From an uncultured bacterium (GTDB taxonomy: Bacteria; Bacillota_I; Bacilli_A; RFN20; CAG-826): a stretch of DNA of 64,000 bases. The stretch spans positions 137 through 64,136 of the forward strand of contig CASGAB010000003.1 of the NCBI GenBank assembly GCA_949299395.1. The letters are read 5' to 3'. Position numbers and translations under genes: made by a program. Of the stretch, positions 61,353-64,000 are shown piece after piece. Positions within the stretch are counted from its first letter, which is position 1. Every line of letters starts with the position of its first letter. A model generated the notes under the pieces. The model was not told where the DNA came from and searched no databases. It saw only the letters and a program-made list of their open reading frames with translations.

Positions 61353-62552
61353 ATGACTTATTTTATTAAACAGATTGGCGAAAAGGATTGTGGAATTACC
61401 GCTTTAAAAATTTTGTTAGCAAATATCTATAAAAGGAAAGATTTTTTATTTTATCCTCAAACTAGTTTAAACGAGGTAGTATCTTTAAAAGAAATTATTA
61501 GAATTGCTAAAAATGAAGGTGTAGATCTACTTGCTTATCGAGTTAGTGATAAAAAAGCAGAAATTAAAAATTTAAGGGCTAAAAAAACTTTATTAGTTTT
61601 CAAAAAAGATGATGTTTTACACTTAATTTATTTAAAAAAAGTAAGAAAACATCGAATTGAAATATTAGATCCAAAAAACGGATTAATTTCTTTAAAAATA
61701 GAAGAATTTTTAACTCTTTGGAATGGAGAATTAGTTGAATTTAATAAGGTAAGAGGAAGTGAATTTTATTTAAAAAATAAAAATATTATTTCACCTAAAG
61801 TAGAGGTTGGATTATTTATTTTTCAATTAGTTACATATTCTTTCTTTTTAACTGGATTATATTTTATTAATTCAAATGTCGATTTTTTCATTCCTTTATC
61901 TTTATTTATTAGTTTTATTTTTTCGTTATTGCTTTTTAATTATTGTTTAATGAGTGTAATGAAAAAGACTGATTTAAAGCTATTTTTAGGTATTTATAAA
62001 AGCGAAGGATCATTAAGAAATAAATATTTAAAAATTACCGAACTTAAAACATTTTTATTTACTAACCAGATGAGTTTATTATCATCTTCACTTGTAATTA
62101 TTTTTACTTTATTAATTTTAGGAATAAATAGCTATTTAAGCATCGTCTTTTCTTTATCGATAATGATTTTTCAAATAACTTTTTTTGTTTTTTCAAATAA
62201 ATATATGATTTATAGGAAAAATAAAATTGAGAATCTTGAGAGTGGTTTATTTCGATATAAACAAGAAGAAGATGAAAAATTATTAGATAATTTTAAAAAA
62301 CTTAATAATGAGGTTTATAAATTTATTAATTTAAATAATTTACGAAAATATCTAATTATTTTAATAATTATCATCGCCTCATTATTTCTTTCTTCTTTTG
62401 AAGGAGTAATTTCTTTAAATTATGTTTTATTTCATATTTTTTCATTTTTCTATATTTCTTCAAATCTTGATAAAGTTTTATCTTTTAAGGAAAATTATGA
62501 AAAATTAAATTATTTAAAATCGGTTTATTTTTATTATTCGAAAAACTACTAA
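61353..62552 (+). CDS. Peptidase-C39-like domain fused to a six-TM membrane domain, with no ABC ATPase domain
   Basis: N-terminus: QIGEKDCGITALKILLANIY (the Q...DCG..A.L signature of bacteriocin-processing C39 peptidases) plus a His in VLHLIYL. Then about 270 aa of hydrophobic helices. The gene ends at 62552 with no nucleotide-binding domain. Confidence 0.55.
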   Translation: MTYFIKQIGEKDCGITALKILLANIYKRKDFLFYPQTSLNEVVSLKEIIRIAKNEGVDLLAYRVSDKKAEIKNLRAKKTLLVFKKDDVLHLIYLKKVRKHRIEILDPKNGLISLKIEEFLTLWNGELVEFNKVRGSEFYLKNKNIISPKVEVGLFIFQLVTYSFFLTGLYFINSNVDFFIPLSLFISFIFSLLLFNYCLMSVMKKTDLKLFLGIYKSEGSLRNKYLKITELKTFLFTNQMSLLSSSLVIIFTLLILGINSYLSIVFSLSIMIFQITFFVFSNKYMIYRKNKIENLESGLFRYKQEEDEKLLDNFKKLNNEVYKFINLNNLRKYLIILIIIIASLFLSSFEGVISLNYVLFHIFSFFYISSNLDKVLSFKENYEKLNYLKSVYFYYSKNY

Positions 62553-62581
62553 AAAGTTGATAATTCTGATATAATTTTGGC

Positions 62582-63046
62582 ATGGAATTATATATTAATA
62601 ACACGCTTCCTATAGATATTTCTAATTATGAAATAGTATTTAACAAGCTTGCTTTAAAAACACTTAAACATCTTAAATTAAGCGATAATATAATTTGTTC
62701 GGTTACTTTTGTTGATATTCCTACAATTCATGAAATTAATAAAAATTATCGTAATGTGGATCGACCAACCGATGTTATTTCGTTTGCTTTTTTAGATGAT
62801 AAAAACGAAATTATTAAAGGCGATATTCCTCTCGATATTGGAGAATTATATATTTGTTATGATGTCGCTAATAAAAATAGATTAAAATACAATAACTCAA
62901 TCGAAAGAGAAATTTCATTTCTTTTTGTTCATGGATTATTACATCTTTTAGGATATGATCATATGGAAAAAGAAGATGAAGAAGTAATGTTTAAATTACA
63001 AGATGAAATTCTTGAAGGAGAAGATTTATGGATAAAAAAGAATTAG
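62582..63046 (+). CDS. ybeY: Endoribonuclease YbeY
   Basis: HGLLHLLGYDH zinc motif. 154 aa. Confidence 0.9.
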   Translation: MELYINNTLPIDISNYEIVFNKLALKTLKHLKLSDNIICSVTFVDIPTIHEINKNYRNVDRPTDVISFAFLDDKNEIIKGDIPLDIGELYICYDVANKNRLKYNNSIEREISFLFVHGLLHLLGYDHMEKEDEEVMFKLQDEILEGEDLWIKKN

Positions 63047-63429
63047 TTAATGAAGCGATTAAAGCAAGTGAATTTGCTCATGTTCCTTATTCGAATTTTC
63101 ATGTTGGAGCCGCGATGCTTTTAAAAGATGGAAGAATATTTACTGGAGCAAATATGGAATCTTCTTCATATGGATTAACAATTTGTGCTGAAAGAAACTG
63201 TATTTTTGGTGCTTATGCTAGAGGCGTAAAAAAAGGCGATATTATCGCTTTTGCTGTTGTCGCTGATACTTCAACACCAGTTTCTCCTTGTGGAGCTTGT
63301 AGACAAATTATTGCTGAATATTTAAACAAAGATGTTCCAATTTATTTAGCAAATTTTAAAGGTGAAATTGTTGAATATAAAATCGAAGAATTAATTCCTT
63401 ATTATTTCGATGGAAGTGAGCTTAAATAA
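63028..63429 (+). CDS. cdd: Cytidine deaminase
   Basis: CAERN and PCGACRQ zinc ligands. 133 aa. Confidence 0.9.
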   Translation: MDKKELVNEAIKASEFAHVPYSNFHVGAAMLLKDGRIFTGANMESSSYGLTICAERNCIFGAYARGVKKGDIIAFAVVADTSTPVSPCGACRQIIAEYLNKDVPIYLANFKGEIVEYKIEELIPYYFDGSELK

Positions 63430-64000
63430 TGAAAAGTGGTTTTGTAACTATTTTAGGTAGACCAAATGTAGGAAAATCTACCTTAATTAATACGATTATT
63501 GGTAAAAAAATATCAATTATTAGTCCAAAAAGTCAAACAACAAGAGATGCGATTCAAGGTATTTATAATGATGAAGATTCGCAAATTATTTTTGTTGATA
63601 CTCCTGGAATTCATAAACCTAAAACTGAATTAGAAAAAGAAATGGATAAAATTGCATATTACAATGCGAAAAATAACGATTTAGTTCTTTTAATGGTTGA
63701 TGCTTCTAAAAAGTTTTCTGATTCTGATATTTTTATTGCTAAAAATGTTCGTTTTAAAACACCGGTTATCATTGTTTTTAGCAAGATTGATTTAACAAAT
63801 GTTATTTTAATTAATGAATTAAAAGATAAATATAAAGAATTATTCCCAGAATCTGAAATGGTTGAAATTAGTAGTTTAGAAAACTTTAATATCGATTTTT
63901 TAATTTCTCGAATTAAAACTTATTTACCAGAAGGACCTCAATATTATGATATAAATACAATAACAAATCGTGATTTTACTTTTATGGTCCAAGAAATCAT
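63429..64000 (+). CDS. era: GTPase Era (3' partial, runs off the window)
   Basis: GRPNVGKST and DTPG motifs. The TAATG stop/start overlaps cdd. Confidence 0.9.
   Translation, partial: MKSGFVTILGRPNVGKSTLINTIIGKKISIISPKSQTTRDAIQGIYNDEDSQIIFVDTPGIHKPKTELEKEMDKIAYYNAKNNDLVLLMVDASKKFSDSDIFIAKNVRFKTPVIIVFSKIDLTNVILINELKDKYKELFPESEMVEISSLENFNIDFLISRIKTYLPEGPQYYDINTITNRDFTFMVQEI

Overview
This is a 64 kb, very AT-rich (about 27-30% GC) stretch of bacterial chromosome that uses the standard genetic code: long reading frames are not broken by TGA. Gene content and order point to a low-GC Bacillota or Mollicute-like organism (Erysipelotrichia or Acholeplasma-like). Almost all of it is conserved housekeeping synteny: rimP-nusA-ylxR-infB-rbfA, ribF, rpsO, a heterodimeric ABC exporter pair, pnp, an RNase J-like gene, ftsK, acpS, a pullulanase, plsC, an rRNA m5C methyltransferase, pdp, rarA, dtd-mnmA, T-box-alaS-ruvX, greA, comEA-comEC-holA, rpsT, fmt, lepA, hemW-hrcA-grpE-dnaK-dnaJ, rsmE-mtaB, rpmF, deoC, rpsU, ybeY-cdd-era. 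I found no rRNA, tRNA, CRISPR array, IS element or prophage. The non-core material is: (1) an accessory-looking left end (1-7008) with a flavodoxin lipoprotein, a cyclophilin-like protein, two NUDIX hydrolases, an esterase, a Pfs-like nucleosidase and a 949-aa single-polypeptide PLD-nuclease/SF2-helicase/DUF3427 protein of the kind usually linked to phage defense; (2) several remodelled conserved operons. GrpE carries a roughly 50-aa N-terminal Cys/His cluster. prmA in the dnaK operon is replaced by an ADP-ribosylglycohydrolase plus a zinc-ribbon/TM2 membrane protein. An orphan gene sits between rsmE and mtaB. A degenerate (pseudo-)Fic-like protein and a tiny membrane protein are inserted between lepA and hemW. 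The RNase J homolog has lost its HxHxDH zinc motif. A DinG/XPD Fe-S helicase has an N-terminal RecB/Cas4-like nuclease domain. A C39-peptidase-plus-membrane-domain protein with no ABC ATPase sits where phoH/yqfF is expected. I see no single clearly novel multi-gene system. The best candidates for follow-up are the PLD-helicase-DUF3427 gene and the stress-operon remodelling (Cys/His-GrpE, ARH, TM2). Non-ORF coordinates are hand-counted and may be off by a few nt.
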